NCBI GenBank assembly: GCA_021786315.1
Contig: JAJYNN010000003.1
Span: forward strand, 67,360 to 131,359
Origin: a bacterium
GTDB lineage: Bacteria; Patescibacteriota; Microgenomatia; Daviesbacterales; UBA10151
Reading direction: 5' to 3'
DNA length: 64,000 bases
Shown: in pieces, positions 18,963 to 28,231 of the stretch
Position numbering within the stretch: position 1 is the stretch's first letter
Layout of the letters: each line of letters opens with the position of its first letter
Program-made: the position numbers and the translations under genes
Notes under the pieces: generated by a model
Told to the model about the DNA's origin: nothing
Seen by the model: the letters and a program-made list of their open reading frames with translations, nothing else
Databases searched by the model: none

Positions 18963-19058
18963 AGTGGCTAGTCGCTAGAGTCTTGAATCTAGGACTTAAC
19001 CTCCTTTTCTTGTTTTTTATCCTTACTAGACTCCAAACTCTTGACTCTAGACTCTAGT
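18963..19058. repeat. Inverted heptamer array (TAGAGTC/GACTCTA type) straddling the rplD stop codon
   Basis: Arm 1 gtggcta-gtcgcta-gagtctt-gaatcta-ggactta; arm 2 actagac-tccaaac-tcttgac-tctagac-tctag lies within rplD. Confidence 0.65.
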
Positions 19059-19720
19059 TTTTCTGCTGCTTCTTTGGTCAGCATTAAGGTTTGGAACTTT
19101 AGAACCTGCATAATATTTAACTGGTCAAAAGCCACCGCCTCCACCTTGGGCAAATTCCGGACAGCCCTTTCCAACTTTTCCGGTGTTTTATCTGTTACCA
19201 AAAGTAAGTTGTTCTTAGCCAATTTATTAACAAATTCCTGAATTTGCTTGGTCTTTCCGGAAACAGTATCTACTCCGGTCACACCCAGAAGGTTGCCGTT
19301 TGAAACTTTAGAAGATAAAGCGGCAACTAAAGCCGCTTTTCTCATCTTCTTGGGTAGATCCAAGGTCACTTTCCGGTATTTTGGACCTAAAGCAATACCT
19401 CCGCCAACAAAGATCGGGGCGCGGAGGGCACCATGCCTAGCTCCACCGGTTCCTTTTTGGGTCCTGATTTTTCTGGTAGAACCCTGGACTTGCCCCCTAG
19501 TTTTAGTGTTGGCAAAATGGGATTTTTGGTTATTGGTATAAACCCTAACAGCCTGGGCCAGAAGGGTTTTATTAACTTTCGCTCCAAAAACCTCTTCCGG
19601 TAAAGACAAAGTGCCACTTTCTACCCCGGTCATGTTATAAACCGGTACCAAAAGACCTTCTGCCTTTTTAGCAGCTACCTTAGTAACTTTTTCAGTTGTT
19701 TCTTTCTTAACTCTCGGCAT
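18989..19720 (-). CDS. rplD: 50S ribosomal protein L4
   Basis: TKTRGQV.GSTRK..QKGTGGARHG, GGGIALGPK. Confidence 0.98.
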   Translation of the reverse strand: MPRVKKETTEKVTKVAAKKAEGLLVPVYNMTGVESGTLSLPEEVFGAKVNKTLLAQAVRVYTNNQKSHFANTKTRGQVQGSTRKIRTQKGTGGARHGALRAPIFVGGGIALGPKYRKVTLDLPKKMRKAALVAALSSKVSNGNLLGVTGVDTVSGKTKQIQEFVNKLAKNNLLLVTDKTPEKLERAVRNLPKVEAVAFDQLNIMQVLKFQTLMLTKEAAEKLESRVKSLESSKDKKQEKEVKS

Positions 19721-20495
19721 TTACTTCTCCTTCTTCTTCTTTCGGTGTATCGGCGTCTCGGTGTGTCTGTGTGTCAGAACTCTCTTCTTCGCTGACATTC
19801 TGATGCTCTGATGCTCCGACACTCTGTTCTTCTTCCTCCTCAATCTTTTCTTCCGGTGGAGGAGTATAGCCTTTGATTCTTCCCAGTTTAGTAATTTCCA
19901 CCAAAGATCCTACCGGTCCGGGAACTCCGCCTTTGACCACTAATAAATTATTCTTTTTATCCACAGTAACCACTTCCAGATTCTTCACTGAGACGGTATC
20001 AAAACCATAGTGTCCGGCCATTCTCTTACCCTTGTAAACCCGTCCCGGGGTAGTCCCTGACCCTAAAGATCCGGGAGCGCGGTGCCTGTCTGACTGGCCG
20101 TGGGTTTTCGGGCCACCGGCAAAGTTATAACGCTTGACCCCGCCGGCAAAACCCCGACCCTTGGAAACACCAGCAACTTTAACGGCATCACCTTTAGAAA
20201 AGACATCGCCAACGTGGAGTTCTCTTCCTAAGTCCTCCACCTTGCCGGTTACTTCTCTAAAAAACCGGAGCTTTTGATCTACTCCGGCCTTCTTAGCGTG
20301 TCCCACTTGAGGTTTCTTAACTGATTTTTTAGTGGAAAAACCAAGCTGGGTTGCTTCATATCCATCTTTATCCTTGTTTTTAATTTGGGTAACAAAGTTG
20401 GGCCCAACTTCCAAAATTGTAGCGCCAACACGGCGCCCACGGGCATCGTAGGTTGAAGTCATATTTTTCTTAATTCCTAATAATGTATTAACCAT
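19707..20495 (-). CDS. rplC: 50S ribosomal protein L3 with acidic, repeat-derived C-terminal extension
   Basis: DGYEATQLG, SKGRGFAGGVKR, RAPGSLG, PGRVYKGKRMAG. Start moved to the ATG at 20495. Confidence 0.97.
   Translation of the reverse strand: MVNTLLGIKKNMTSTYDARGRRVGATILEVGPNFVTQIKNKDKDGYEATQLGFSTKKSVKKPQVGHAKKAGVDQKLRFFREVTGKVEDLGRELHVGDVFSKGDAVKVAGVSKGRGFAGGVKRYNFAGGPKTHGQSDRHRAPGSLGSGTTPGRVYKGKRMAGHYGFDTVSVKNLEVVTVDKKNNLLVVKGGVPGPVGSLVEITKLGRIKGYTPPPEEKIEEEEEQSVGASEHQNVSEEESSDTQTHRDADTPKEEEGEVNAES
19742..19826. repeat. Palindromic octamer-repeat element within the rplC 3' end, homologous to the element in map
   Basis: tcggtgta-tcggcgtc-tcggtgtg-tctgtgtg-tcagaact ... gctgacat-tctgatgc-tctgatgc-tccgacac-tctg. 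Confidence 0.85.
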
Positions 20496-20508
20496 ATTTT
20501 TTGCCAAG

Positions 20509-20597
20509 AAAAAGAGTGAGTCCTTCGATAAACTCAGGATCTCACTCAGTAATTGTGCTTTCAATTGTCGTATCCTTTTGGGACGCACAATCTACTG
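20509..20597 (-). promoter_or_regulatory. Structured 5' leader of rplC (two hairpins, the second followed by a U-tract)
   Basis: CAGUAGAUUGUGC...GCACAAUUACUG, then GAGUGAGAUCCU...AGGACUCACUC-UUUUU. Confidence 0.65.
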
Positions 20598-20648
20598 AAA
20601 TTTTTCTTTTGTTAAATCAAACAAATACCATTTGCATGGCCTGTAGGA

Positions 20649-20678
20649 ATTCTAGCACAACTTGAGGCTAAAATGCAA
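20649..20678 (-). promoter_or_regulatory. Putative sigma70 promoter for rplC, separate from rpsJ
   Basis: TTGCAT-18 nt-TAGAAT with TG extension. Confidence 0.55.
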
Positions 20679-20762
20679 TAGTTTGAATCTAGGGATAAAA
20701 ACTAAGAACCTATTGTCTTTAGACCGAAGGTCGCAAGATAGTTGATTGCCGAGAAGCTAAGA

Positions 20763-21071
20763 TTACATCTTAACTTCAATATCAACACCAGCTGGGAGCT
20801 CAAGGTGCATCAATGAATCAATTGTTTTGTCCGTAGGTTCGACAATTTCCACCAATCTTTTGTGGGTTTTGATTTCAAAAGCTTCCTGGGAATCTTTGTC
20901 TGTGTGAGGGGATCTTAAAACGGTAAATCTTTCGGATTTGGTAGGAAGTGGCACAGGACCAACAATTTTAGCGCCGGTTCGAAGCGCAGCATCCAAAAGC
21001 TGCTCGGTAGCGCCGTCTAAGACTCTATGGTCGTAACTTTTTAATTTGACTCTAATACGTCCTTTTGCCAT
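20763..21071 (-). CDS. rpsJ: 30S ribosomal protein S10
   Basis: IRVKLKSYDHRVLD, GPVPLPT, RSPH, THKRL. Confidence 0.98.
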   Translation of the reverse strand: MAKGRIRVKLKSYDHRVLDGATEQLLDAALRTGAKIVGPVPLPTKSERFTVLRSPHTDKDSQEAFEIKTHKRLVEIVEPTDKTIDSLMHLELPAGVDIEVKM

Positions 21072-21094
21072 CTTTTCCTTTCAAAGTGCAACCT

Positions 21095-21123
21095 ATTGTA
21101 TCACAACACTCTCTTGAGTACAA
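21095..21123 (-). promoter_or_regulatory. Putative sigma70 promoter for rpsJ
   Basis: TTGTAC-17 nt-TACAAT with TG extension. Confidence 0.55.
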
Positions 21124-21143
21124 AAAAGAGGCCTCAGCCTCTT
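21122..21143 (-). terminator. Intrinsic terminator after tuf
   Basis: AGAGGC-TGAG-GCCTCT followed by a T-tract on the minus strand. Confidence 0.65.
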
Positions 21144-21174
21144 CTTGATTCCTAAATCTTAAATCCTAAATCTA
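21142..21174. repeat. Heptamer tandem repeat (CTAAATC type) at the tuf 3' end
   Basis: ttcttga-ttcctaa-atcttaa-atcctaa-atcta. Confidence 0.6.
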
Positions 21175-22353
21175 TTTAATGATTTTAGTAATAGCTCCAG
21201 CTCCAACTGTCTTTCCACCTTCACGGATAGCGAATCTCAAACCCTCTTCCATAGCAACCGGAGTGATTAACTTTCCAGTAATATGAACAGTGTCTCCTGG
21301 CATAGCCATCTCAACACCCTCAGGAAGTTGGACTTCACCGGTCACATCAGTTGTTCTGACATAGAACTGTGGTCTGTATCCCTTGAAGAATGGGGTGTGT
21401 CTTCCACCCTCTTCTTTAGAAAGGATGTAAACTTCAGCTTCAAACTCAGAGTGAGGAGTAATAGAACCCGGCTTGGCTAATACCTGGCCACGCTCGACAT
21501 CGTTCTTTTCAATACCCCGGAGCAGGATTCCGGCGTTGTCTCCAGCTTGACCCTCATCAAGCATTTTGTGGAACATCTCGATACCGGTAACCACAGTTTT
21601 CTTGGTTGGGCGGATACCGACTATTTCAACTTCTTCATTAACCTTAACTTTACCTCTTTCGATTCTTCCGGTAACCACGGTTCCCCGACCCTTGATAGAA
21701 AAGACATCCTCAACAGCCATCAAAAACGGCTTATCAACATCCCTTTGAGGAGTTGGAATCCATTCGTCAACAGCCTTCATTAATTCCTCAATGGATTTGA
21801 CTGCCTCAGGATCACCGTTTAGAGCCTTCAAAGCACTTCCGCGGATGATTGGAGTGTGATCTCCGTCATATTCATATTTCTTAAGTAAATCGCGGATTTC
21901 CTCTTCCACTAAGTCCAAAAGCTCCGGATCAGAAACCTGGTCAACTTTGTTCATGTAGACCACAATAGCCGGAACACCAACCTGGCGGGCCAAGAGTAAA
22001 TGCTCGCGGGTTTGAGGCATCGGTCCATCCGGAGCGGAAACTACCAAGATAGCACCATCAGCTTGAGCAGCACCGGTAATCATGTTCTTGATATAGTCGG
22101 CGTGACCCGGCATATCGATGTGGGCATAGTGACGATTTTCAGTTTCGTATTCTTGGTGGGAAATGTTAATGGTAATTCCACGGGCTTTTTCTTCAGGGGC
22201 GTTATCGATTTGGTCAACAGATCTTTTCTCGGCTAAACCTTTGTTAGCTAAAACGTTAGTGATAGCTGCGGTCAAGGTAGTTTTTCCATGGTCGACGTGA
22301 CCCATGGTTCCAATATTGACGTGTGGTTTTGTTCTTTGATATGTACCTGCCAT
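21172..22353 (-). CDS. tuf: Elongation factor Tu
   Basis: [34 protein letters not shown]. Confidence 0.99.
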   Translation of the reverse strand: MAGTYQRTKPHVNIGTMGHVDHGKTTLTAAITNVLANKGLAEKRSVDQIDNAPEEKARGITINISHQEYETENRHYAHIDMPGHADYIKNMITGAAQADGAILVVSAPDGPMPQTREHLLLARQVGVPAIVVYMNKVDQVSDPELLDLVEEEIRDLLKKYEYDGDHTPIIRGSALKALNGDPEAVKSIEELMKAVDEWIPTPQRDVDKPFLMAVEDVFSIKGRGTVVTGRIERGKVKVNEEVEIVGIRPTKKTVVTGIEMFHKMLDEGQAGDNAGILLRGIEKNDVERGQVLAKPGSITPHSEFEAEVYILSKEEGGRHTPFFKGYRPQFYVRTTDVTGEVQLPEGVEMAMPGDTVHITGKLITPVAMEEGLRFAIREGGKTVGAGAITKIIK

Positions 22354-22461
22354 ATATTTAAATTAGACTTAAGAATTATTACAAATATTTTTAAGATTTG
22401 CAATACTTCTCTTTGAAGGCCTGTGGGCCTAAAAATCCAGCTTGCTCAGCTGGGTAAAAGT

Positions 22462-22490
22462 AATATACACAATCTTTTTAAATTATGCAA
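22462..22490 (-). promoter_or_regulatory. Putative sigma70 promoter for tuf
   Basis: TTGCAT-17 nt-TATATT. Confidence 0.5.
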
Positions 22491-22587
22491 GAGGGAAATT
22501 TAGCTTTGAAAACCTCTCTAAACTTGAAAAATTGGCCAATTTGTGCTATCCTATCCTCCTCTGTAAAAAGAGGAGAAGGGAGAGAAG

Positions 22588-24009
22588 ATGAGCGAACGAC
22601 TCACTTCCATCTCAATCTCAACTGCCAGCGCACCTACAATAAGGTTAAGTGCACCCAGCACAATGCCAAGCGTAGGAGGCAGAGCATTCTCCCCTAACTT
22701 TCTTTCCCATACCCAAGTATTAGCTCGACCTGCACCCAAACCCGATTTCCTGAAGATGCCTAAGGTAGAAGTAGTCAAAGCTCCTTCTTCAGACCAAAGA
22801 ATATCTCAAGCAGAAGCGTTTAACCCGAACAATAAGATTCTCTGGCAAGCTCCAAAACCGGAAATCGGAGGCCAGAAACCAGAGAGCAAACCAAGCGTCT
22901 CTACATTTAAAGCTGAAAAAACTCCTGCCGCTCAACCTTCGAAGGAACAGCCCAAGGCAGTTGAAGCTAAACCAAAGCCCCCAGTTCAACCAGAAAAACC
23001 CAAAGCCGAGGCTCCCAAAATTGAGACCAAAGATATCACTAAACCAAAAGTTGTTACCCGAAGGGAAGAAGCTAAAACCCAACCCTTAGCCCAAACTTTA
23101 GCCCAGGAGTTAGCGCCGGGGGTACAAAAACCGGACTTTAAACGGCTGGAAAGGGCCGTAAAAGCCACGGAAAAGCCGGTTTCGGTCCTCAAACAAGAGG
23201 TTGAAGAAGTGGCCAAAGCAATCAATGTACCAAAGCCAAAGGAACAACCGGAGGCTAAACCACTGCAGCTTCCAATCTCTCCGGCACTCAAACCGGAAAC
23301 CCAAAGAGCAACCCAAACCCAACCGGAATTAAGTCCGGATCTAAAACAAGCCTTAAAAACCTACGAGTTACTTGCAGCAGCCTTAATTAAGACACAAGTT
23401 GCGCCGGAAGCAGCCCAAAAACAAGCCGCAATTATAGTCTCCCAGGCAATCAGGCCGGAACTCAAAGAACAGTTTTTAACCTCTCTTCAACAAAAACCTG
23501 AGGCCAAGGAAAGGCAACAAGAGGCAAAAGAGAGAGATGAAATTATCAGATTCTATATCGAAAGGGATCCGGAAACAGACAACAGGCGGGTGAAAGCCGC
23601 AATCCAGGCTCTGATAGAGAACTTCCAACCGGGTGAAATACTATCCGGAACAAAGGTCGCCGATAGGATCACATCTAATCTTTTATCAAAAGAACAGCTC
23701 AGCCCAATAATCAGGCCTATCCATCCCTTTGACGGCTTACTGGAAGATTTCCAGACATTTATCCGAAGGTCGGAATTTAGAACTTTGGAGGAAGGATACC
23801 AAAGAATAGATCTGGCCAGCAAACTTTTCCCTGCGGCCCGATTTAATACCCAAGTCACGACCGAGGGGCTCCATCGGGAAAAGGCGTACCGGATTTACTA
23901 CGGAAACATTGATTATGTCTGGGTGGACGGCTGGGGAGTTTGCAGATTTGAACCTGCTGCCGAATCAAGGGAAAAACCCAACCTGTTTGGAACTCTCCAC
24001 AAAGACTAA
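22588..24009 (+). CDS. Hypothetical protein (Pro/Lys/Glu/Ala-rich N-terminal half, globular C-terminus) on the opposite strand between fusA and tuf
   Basis: 473-aa ORF with a purine-rich RBS; no motif recognised. Confidence 0.75.
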   Translation: MSERLTSISISTASAPTIRLSAPSTMPSVGGRAFSPNFLSHTQVLARPAPKPDFLKMPKVEVVKAPSSDQRISQAEAFNPNNKILWQAPKPEIGGQKPESKPSVSTFKAEKTPAAQPSKEQPKAVEAKPKPPVQPEKPKAEAPKIETKDITKPKVVTRREEAKTQPLAQTLAQELAPGVQKPDFKRLERAVKATEKPVSVLKQEVEEVAKAINVPKPKEQPEAKPLQLPISPALKPETQRATQTQPELSPDLKQALKTYELLAAALIKTQVAPEAAQKQAAIIVSQAIRPELKEQFLTSLQQKPEAKERQQEAKERDEIIRFYIERDPETDNRRVKAAIQALIENFQPGEILSGTKVADRITSNLLSKEQLSPIIRPIHPFDGLLEDFQTFIRRSEFRTLEEGYQRIDLASKLFPAARFNTQVTTEGLHREKAYRIYYGNIDYVWVDGWGVCRFEPAAESREKPNLFGTLHKD

Positions 24010-24013
24010 GGAG

Positions 24014-26152
24014 TTAATGTTCAACACGGCCGGTAAAACCGGAGGAAGCAACAATTTTCGCAGCTATATTTGAAGGAACCTCTTCGTAGTGGTCAGCCTC
24101 CATATAGTAAGTAGCGCGGCCTTGGGACATAGACCTGATAGTGGTAGCGTAACCGCCCATTTCTGCTAAAGGCACATAGGCCAAAACTACCCGGGCGTTA
24201 CCGCGCATCTCAGTTGATTGGATCTGAGCGCGTTTTGAAGAAAGGTCGGCGATAATATCACCCAAAAAGTCTTCCGGAGTGGTGACCTCCACCTTCATGA
24301 TTGGCTCAAGCAGAACCAATCCGGCCTTTTGGGCAGCGTCAGTCAAACCTAGAGATCCGGCAATCTTAAAGGCGATTTCCGAAGAATCCACCTCGTGGAA
24401 TGACCCGTCATAAACTACCACCCGGATATCAGTCACCGGATAACCGGCCAAAATACCGGTATCCTCTTTTTCGATCACACCCTTTTCAATTGGAGTAATA
24501 AATTCCCGGGGGATTGCACCACCAACAATCTCCGAAGCAAATTCCCGACCCTGGCCACGGGGTAAGGGCTCGATGCGAAGCAAACAGTGACCGTATTGAC
24601 CGCGACCTCCGGTTTGGCGGATATACTTTCCTTCTCCGCTGGCAGTCTGGGAAATAGTCTCCCGGTAAGCTACCTGCGGCTGACCAACATTGGCTTCCAC
24701 TTTAAATTCCCGGCGCATCCGGTCAACCAAAACCTCAAGCTGAAGTTCACCCATACCGGCAATAATGGTTTGGCCGGTATCAGCATCAGTTTTTACCCTG
24801 AATGTTGGATCCTCTTCTGAAAGTCTGGACAAAGCTAAACCTAATTTTTCCTGGTCAGACTTGGTCTTGGGTTCAATAGCCAAGGAAATAACCGGTTCCG
24901 GGAAGTTAATGGATTCCAAAGTGATTGGGTTGCCCTCGTCACACAAGGTATTGCCGGTGATAGTGTCCTTCAAACCGACAGCAGCCACAATCTCTCCGGC
25001 GTAGGCTTCCTCAATATCCTCCCGCTCATTAGCGTGCATTAACACCAAACGGCCGATTCTTTCCTTGATATCCTTGGTGGAGTTGTAAACATAGGAACCG
25101 GACTTTAAGACTCCGGAATAAACCCGGATGTAGGTTAATTTACCAACGTGAGGATCGACCTGGATCTTAAAAGCCAAGGCGGACATCGGGGCCTCAGGTA
25201 CAGCTTTCCTGACCTCTTCCTGGCCGGTTTTGGGATTGGTACCGACAAACTCGGCAATATCCTGCGGGGATGGTAAAAATTCCACTACTGCATCAAGCAT
25301 TGGCTGGACACCCTTATTGCGAAGTGAAGACCCGGCCAAAACCGGAACAATCTTGTTATCGATAACTGCTTTCCTTAAGGCCTTCTTTAATTCCTCAATA
25401 CTGATCTCTTCCCCATTTAAGTATTTTTCCATTAGGGAATCGTCAGTTCCGGCAATTTCTTCCACTAATTTTTCGCGGTGGATTTTGACATCTTCAACCA
25501 TATCAGCCGGAATCTCTTCTTCCACGAACTTGGCTCCGGTTTCATCACCCTGCCAGACAAAGGCTTTCTGGGTTAAAAGGTCAACTACACCCTTAAAATC
25601 ATTCTCTCTTCCAATCGGCAGGTTGTAAGGCAAGGCGTTAGCCCCCAGACGCTCCCTGGCGGACTCAATTGTCCCCAAGAAGTTGGCCCCCAAGACATCC
25701 ATCTTATTGGCAAAAGCAATTAGCGGGACCTTGTACTTATTGGCCTGTCTCCAGACTGTTTCAGTTTGGGATTGGACTCCGGAAGCAGAATCCAAAACGA
25801 TAACTCCCCCGTCCAAAACCCGCAAAGACCTTTCCACTTCGGCGGTAAAATCCACGTGTCCCGGGGTGTCAATTAAGTTGATCCTGGTTTCCTGGCCTTC
25901 CATCGGACCGGTCTTGGGAGTCCAGAAGGTGGTAATAGCCGCAGAAACGATAGTAATACCGCGCTCGCGCTCCTGTTCCATCCAGTCAGTGGTGGTTGTA
26001 CCTTCATCAATATCACCGATCTTGTAAGTCCGGCCGGTGTAAAAAAGAATCCGCTCGGTTGTGGTGGTTTTACCCGCATCAATGTGGGCGATAATACCAA
26101 TGTTTCTGATTCTGTCGAGAGGAAAATCTCGTTTTGTTTTTGCAACTGCCAT
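24014..26152 (-). CDS. fusA: Elongation factor G
   Basis: [42 protein letters not shown]. Confidence 0.99.
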   Translation of the reverse strand: MAVAKTKRDFPLDRIRNIGIIAHIDAGKTTTTERILFYTGRTYKIGDIDEGTTTTDWMEQERERGITIVSAAITTFWTPKTGPMEGQETRINLIDTPGHVDFTAEVERSLRVLDGGVIVLDSASGVQSQTETVWRQANKYKVPLIAFANKMDVLGANFLGTIESARERLGANALPYNLPIGRENDFKGVVDLLTQKAFVWQGDETGAKFVEEEIPADMVEDVKIHREKLVEEIAGTDDSLMEKYLNGEEISIEELKKALRKAVIDNKIVPVLAGSSLRNKGVQPMLDAVVEFLPSPQDIAEFVGTNPKTGQEEVRKAVPEAPMSALAFKIQVDPHVGKLTYIRVYSGVLKSGSYVYNSTKDIKERIGRLVLMHANEREDIEEAYAGEIVAAVGLKDTITGNTLCDEGNPITLESINFPEPVISLAIEPKTKSDQEKLGLALSRLSEEDPTFRVKTDADTGQTIIAGMGELQLEVLVDRMRREFKVEANVGQPQVAYRETISQTASGEGKYIRQTGGRGQYGHCLLRIEPLPRGQGREFASEIVGGAIPREFITPIEKGVIEKEDTGILAGYPVTDIRVVVYDGSFHEVDSSEIAFKIAGSLGLTDAAQKAGLVLLEPIMKVEVTTPEDFLGDIIADLSSKRAQIQSTEMRGNARVVLAYVPLAEMGGYATTIRSMSQGRATYYMEADHYEEVPSNIAAKIVASSGFTGRVEH

Positions 26153-26153
26153 A

Positions 26154-26372
26154 TTATTTATCTTTCTCTAATTTTTCGATGACTTCTTTAACCTCATCAA
26201 TTCTTACCTGATAGGTCTCAGCATCCTCTTCTAAAGATTGTAGGGCTGAGTCATCACCTAAGTTGGTTCTGGCTTCTTCATCTCTTTGCTGCAAGATAGA
26301 CTTATGCTCACTAATGAGTTTTTTGAGTTTTTCTTGCCACATTTTCAGTTTTTCTTGATTTATTTTGTTCAT
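26154..26372 (-). CDS. Small coiled-coil protein resembling the GreA/GreB N-terminal domain
   Basis: EKLKKL...[13 protein letters not shown]...[12 protein letters not shown] aligns by eye with GreA EAR.HGDLSENAEY...EGRI.ELE; no Gre C-terminal domain. Confidence 0.55.
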   Translation of the reverse strand: MNKINQEKLKMWQEKLKKLISEHKSILQQRDEEARTNLGDDSALQSLEEDAETYQVRIDEVKEVIEKLEKDK

Positions 26373-26411
26373 TGTTTAAATATCCTCTTTCGGTTTCCAT
26401 AGCTAGCACTT

Positions 26412-26432
26412 AAAAAGCCTCCTTCGGGAGGC
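26412..26432 (-). terminator. Terminator-like hairpin in the leader of the Gre-like gene/fusA
   Basis: GCCTCC-CGAA-GGAGGC-TTTTT, just downstream of the promoter at 26446-26474. Confidence 0.6.
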
Positions 26433-26445
26433 CGTCAACATGTCA

Positions 26446-26474
26446 ATATTACCCAAGATCACGCTTAAAGTCAA
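26446..26474 (-). promoter_or_regulatory. Putative sigma70 promoter for the Gre-like gene and fusA
   Basis: TTGACT-17 nt-TAATAT. Confidence 0.6.
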
Positions 26475-26509
26475 CACAAACTTCTGATCTGTGACATTGA
26501 AATTTATGC

Positions 26510-27220
26510 TTACCCCTCGGGAGAATTTCGATCCAGGCAAATTTTCATAACTTTGGTGGGCACTTGAGGCAGGTAATTATATGCTCCACCGCTCTTTAGG
26601 CGATAGCCGTTAATAATCCCCTTAGCCTTTTTCTCAACTTTTTCCGGAGAAAATCCCGCAGCTTCGATCTTTGTCCGGAAAACAGATTCCCCCCGGACTA
26701 AGGCCATCACAAACCCCCAATAGATTTTATGCTGCTCCTCCGTCATATAGGAATCAATCCTCTGGACACTCTCACACGTTTCCATAGCATACCTTATTAA
26801 GCCGTTATGGTTGATCTGTTTTCTGGAGATACTTAGTCTTTCCGGCTGTTCCTCCGGCTTTTTCTCTTTTTGAGCCTCTTTTAAGCCTTTGGTTTCCGGC
26901 ACCGCCGCCTCCGGGTCAAAATAATCCCGGAGCATCCAACAACCAATTACTTTTGCTTCATCCAGCTCAGCCTCCGAGAGCCCTGCTTTTTTCACTTCCT
27001 TCATCGCCAAATTAAGTTGGGATTCCTTGGATTCCGGATCACGCAACGTAAAATAGTAGGCAAAAGTAAATTCCCGGGAGACCGCTTTAACAGGATCGGG
27101 AACATCTAAAATAGATAGTTTTGCCCGGGTATAATTTTTTAACTTCCCAAACGGCTCCTCCAACTTGTGGTTAGCATAAACAGAGGCATCAACAGGTAAT
27201 TTGGGCAGTTGTTCCGTCAT
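26510..27220 (-). CDS. Hypothetical protein inserted downstream of rpsG
   Basis: 236-aa ORF filling the gap; no motif recognised. Confidence 0.7.
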   Translation of the reverse strand: MTEQLPKLPVDASVYANHKLEEPFGKLKNYTRAKLSILDVPDPVKAVSREFTFAYYFTLRDPESKESQLNLAMKEVKKAGLSEAELDEAKVIGCWMLRDYFDPEAAVPETKGLKEAQKEKKPEEQPERLSISRKQINHNGLIRYAMETCESVQRIDSYMTEEQHKIYWGFVMALVRGESVFRTKIEAAGFSPEKVEKKAKGIINGYRLKSGGAYNYLPQVPTKVMKICLDRNSPEG

Positions 27221-27250
27221 AAATAGAAATTAAAAGAAGCAGGCGAAGAG

Positions 27251-27730
27251 TTAAAACCTAAAGTGAGCGAAAGCCTTGTTGGCTTCAGCAGCACGTAAGG
27301 TATCTTCTTTCTTCTTAATAGCTACACCTTTACCTTCAGCAGCTTCCATCAACTCTGCAGCCAGTTTACTGGCAAAACTATGGAATTCTTTATTAGAACG
27401 CTTTCTGGCACCCTCAATAATCCAGCGGATAGCCAAAGCTTCTTTTCTGTCTCCCCGGACTTCAACCGGAATCTGGTAAGAAGCTCCCCCAATCCTTCTT
27501 GGGCGGACTTCCATCTTCGGGGAAACGTTGGAAATAGCGGTCTCAAAAATACCTAAAGGACTCTTACCGGTAGTTTTTTCAATCTCTTCCATAGCTTTGT
27601 AGATTAGAGATTGGGCAACGGTCTTTTTGCCGTCAACCATTACCCGGTTGATGAACCTGGTCAAAAGCCGGGAATTGTAAATTGCATCCGGTTCCAAAAC
27701 TCTTCTTTGAACTCTTCCTGATCTTGGCAT
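27251..27730 (-). CDS. rpsG: 30S ribosomal protein S7
   Basis: DGKKTVA, RRIGGASYQIPVEV, AEANKAFAHFR. Confidence 0.98.
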   Translation of the reverse strand: MPRSGRVQRRVLEPDAIYNSRLLTRFINRVMVDGKKTVAQSLIYKAMEEIEKTTGKSPLGIFETAISNVSPKMEVRPRRIGGASYQIPVEVRGDRKEALAIRWIIEGARKRSNKEFHSFASKLAAELMEAAEGKGVAIKKKEDTLRAAEANKAFAHFRF

Positions 27731-27736
27731 AATTAT

Positions 27737-27792
27737 TAGTGACTAGTGGCTAGGTTTTAGAGTCTAGACTCTTGACTCTAGCGACTTGACTC
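27737..27792. repeat. Inverted heptamer array (TAGAGTC/GACTCTA type) between rpsL and rpsG
   Basis: tagtgac-tagtggc-taggttt-tagagtc | tagactc-ttgactc-tagcgac-ttgactc. Confidence 0.75.
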
Positions 27793-27797
27793 TCCTT

Positions 27798-28223
27798 TCA
27801 AGCTTTCGCTCCTCCTGAAGGCCTCTTGGCCCCGTATTTTGATCTACTGGATTTTCTATTGGCCACCCCGCCCATATCTAATTTTCCTCGGATAATGTGA
27901 TATTTTACACCCGGTAAATCCTTAACCCTGCCGCCGCGAACCATGACAATTCCGTGTTCAGCCAAATCGTGGCCGATACCCTGGATATAAGCAGTCACCT
28001 CAGTCTTATTGGACAATCTGACCCTGGCCACCTTCCGCAAAGCGGAATTTGGTTTTTTCGGGGTCATAGTTTTGACCAAAGTGACCACTCCCCGCTTTTG
28101 GGGGCTGGAAGTTGGCGTATATTTTCTGTCTAAGGCGTTAAAACTGCGTCGCAGTGCGGTTGCTTTAACCTTTTTGCTGACAGTTTTGCGGCCGTGTCTT
28201 ACAAGTTGACTAATTGTAGGCAT
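27798..28223 (-). CDS. rpsL: 30S ribosomal protein S12
   Basis: [28 protein letters not shown]. Confidence 0.99.
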   Translation of the reverse strand: MPTISQLVRHGRKTVSKKVKATALRRSFNALDRKYTPTSSPQKRGVVTLVKTMTPKKPNSALRKVARVRLSNKTEVTAYIQGIGHDLAEHGIVMVRGGRVKDLPGVKYHIIRGKLDMGGVANRKSSRSKYGAKRPSGGAKA

Positions 28224-28231
28224 ACAAACTC

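Noticed and set aside
19958-19966. Perfect DnaA box TTATCCACA inside rplC
   Set aside because: A single copy in coding sequence (VDK codons), expected by chance.
22095-22125. EF-Tu DMPGH in place of DCPGH
   Set aside because: This Cys position is known to vary among bacteria and the GTPase motifs are intact.
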